This document shows positions 17,421-17,922 of a DNA stretch of 17,922 nucleotides, piece by piece. Below the pieces are notes generated by a model that saw only the letters and a list, made by a program, of their open reading frames with translations, was not told where the DNA came from and searched no databases. Every line of letters starts with the position of its first letter. Position 1 is the first letter of the stretch. The position numbers and the translations under genes are program-made. Source of the DNA: Octopus sinensis (lineage: Eukaryota). The DNA is taken from assembly GCF_006345805.1 (NCBI RefSeq), contig NW_021824590.1, forward strand, positions 1 through 17,922. Reading direction: 5' to 3'.

Positions 17421-17766
17421 ACCATTAACTCCAACCTTTCCAAAAAATCTTTCACACCATTAACCAACATCTTCTCATTCTTTTCCCCCAGTCTTCTTGT
17501 TGTTGTTCTGGTAAGCCGTCTCAATGAATTCTTCTGATTGGATTACATTTTGGTAAAGTTTCAAAACTTGGATGATTGTTTCACGTAGAATTATTTCAAA
17601 GAAATATGAGAAAGTTTAATTTCCAATATATTTTAGACTTTTGTGGGGCGGGGCAAAAAGAGGCTTTTGGATATTTTTCTAGTCCTTTTTTTATCTTTCT
17701 GCTTCGGCATATTTGCGTTGGGAGAGCGAGAATAATTGCTCGCCACAATGGCCGTAACAACGAAAT

Positions 17767-17922
17767 ATTCGTTTCTACTCAGGGCACAAGGCCCGAAATT
17801 TTGGGGGGAAGGATGAAAAGCAAAGTCGAGCTCAGCGGAATTTTAACTCAGAACATAAAGACAGACGAAATACCACAAAGCATTGCGGCCCGGCATGCTA
17901 ACGTTTCTTATTTCTTTACTGC
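17767..17922 (-). mobile_element. SINE family 1 headless monomer with internal deletion, preceded at the window edge by the tail of another monomer
   Basis: Reverse complement gcagtaaagaaata|agaaacgttagcatgccggg...gagttaaaattccg...ctttgcttttcatcctt|ccccccaaaatttcgggccttgtgccctgagtagaaac; about 55 bp missing relative to the 14794-15008 copy. Confidence 0.8.

Noticed and set aside
17035-17463. 142 aa S/L/P/F-rich ORF
   Set aside because: Translation of the CT-rich tract.

Overview
A repeat-saturated, AT-rich animal genomic window with no recognisable host gene. The SINE families and microsatellite load suggest an octopod cephalopod (inference, not verified). Positions ~37-6615 hold a nest of R4/Dong-clade non-LTR retrotransposons, each ending in (AAT)n: three 5'-truncated copies of different subfamilies (163-631 -, 711-1029 -, 1100-1954 +), one near-full-length 3.8 kb copy (2106-5880 +: RT, CCHC knuckle, restriction-like endonuclease) broken only by small frameshifts, mostly in homopolymers, and a 554 bp non-coding insert. 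The rest contains an L1/Tx1 endonuclease remnant, decayed RLE-type and R2-like LINE fragments, two tRNA-derived SINE families, a small Helitron, a probable Tc1/mariner-pogo MITE and many microsatellites. The standout is 8343-8680: a tRNA-like Pol III head, an (AAT)n tract, then a minimal type I hammerhead ribozyme of the Penelope-like kind. A 7-bp stem/GGY-triloop hairpin recurs, with variants, in the otherwise dissimilar 3' UTRs of the Dong-like copies. All calls come from manual reading and translation; no database search or folding program was run.
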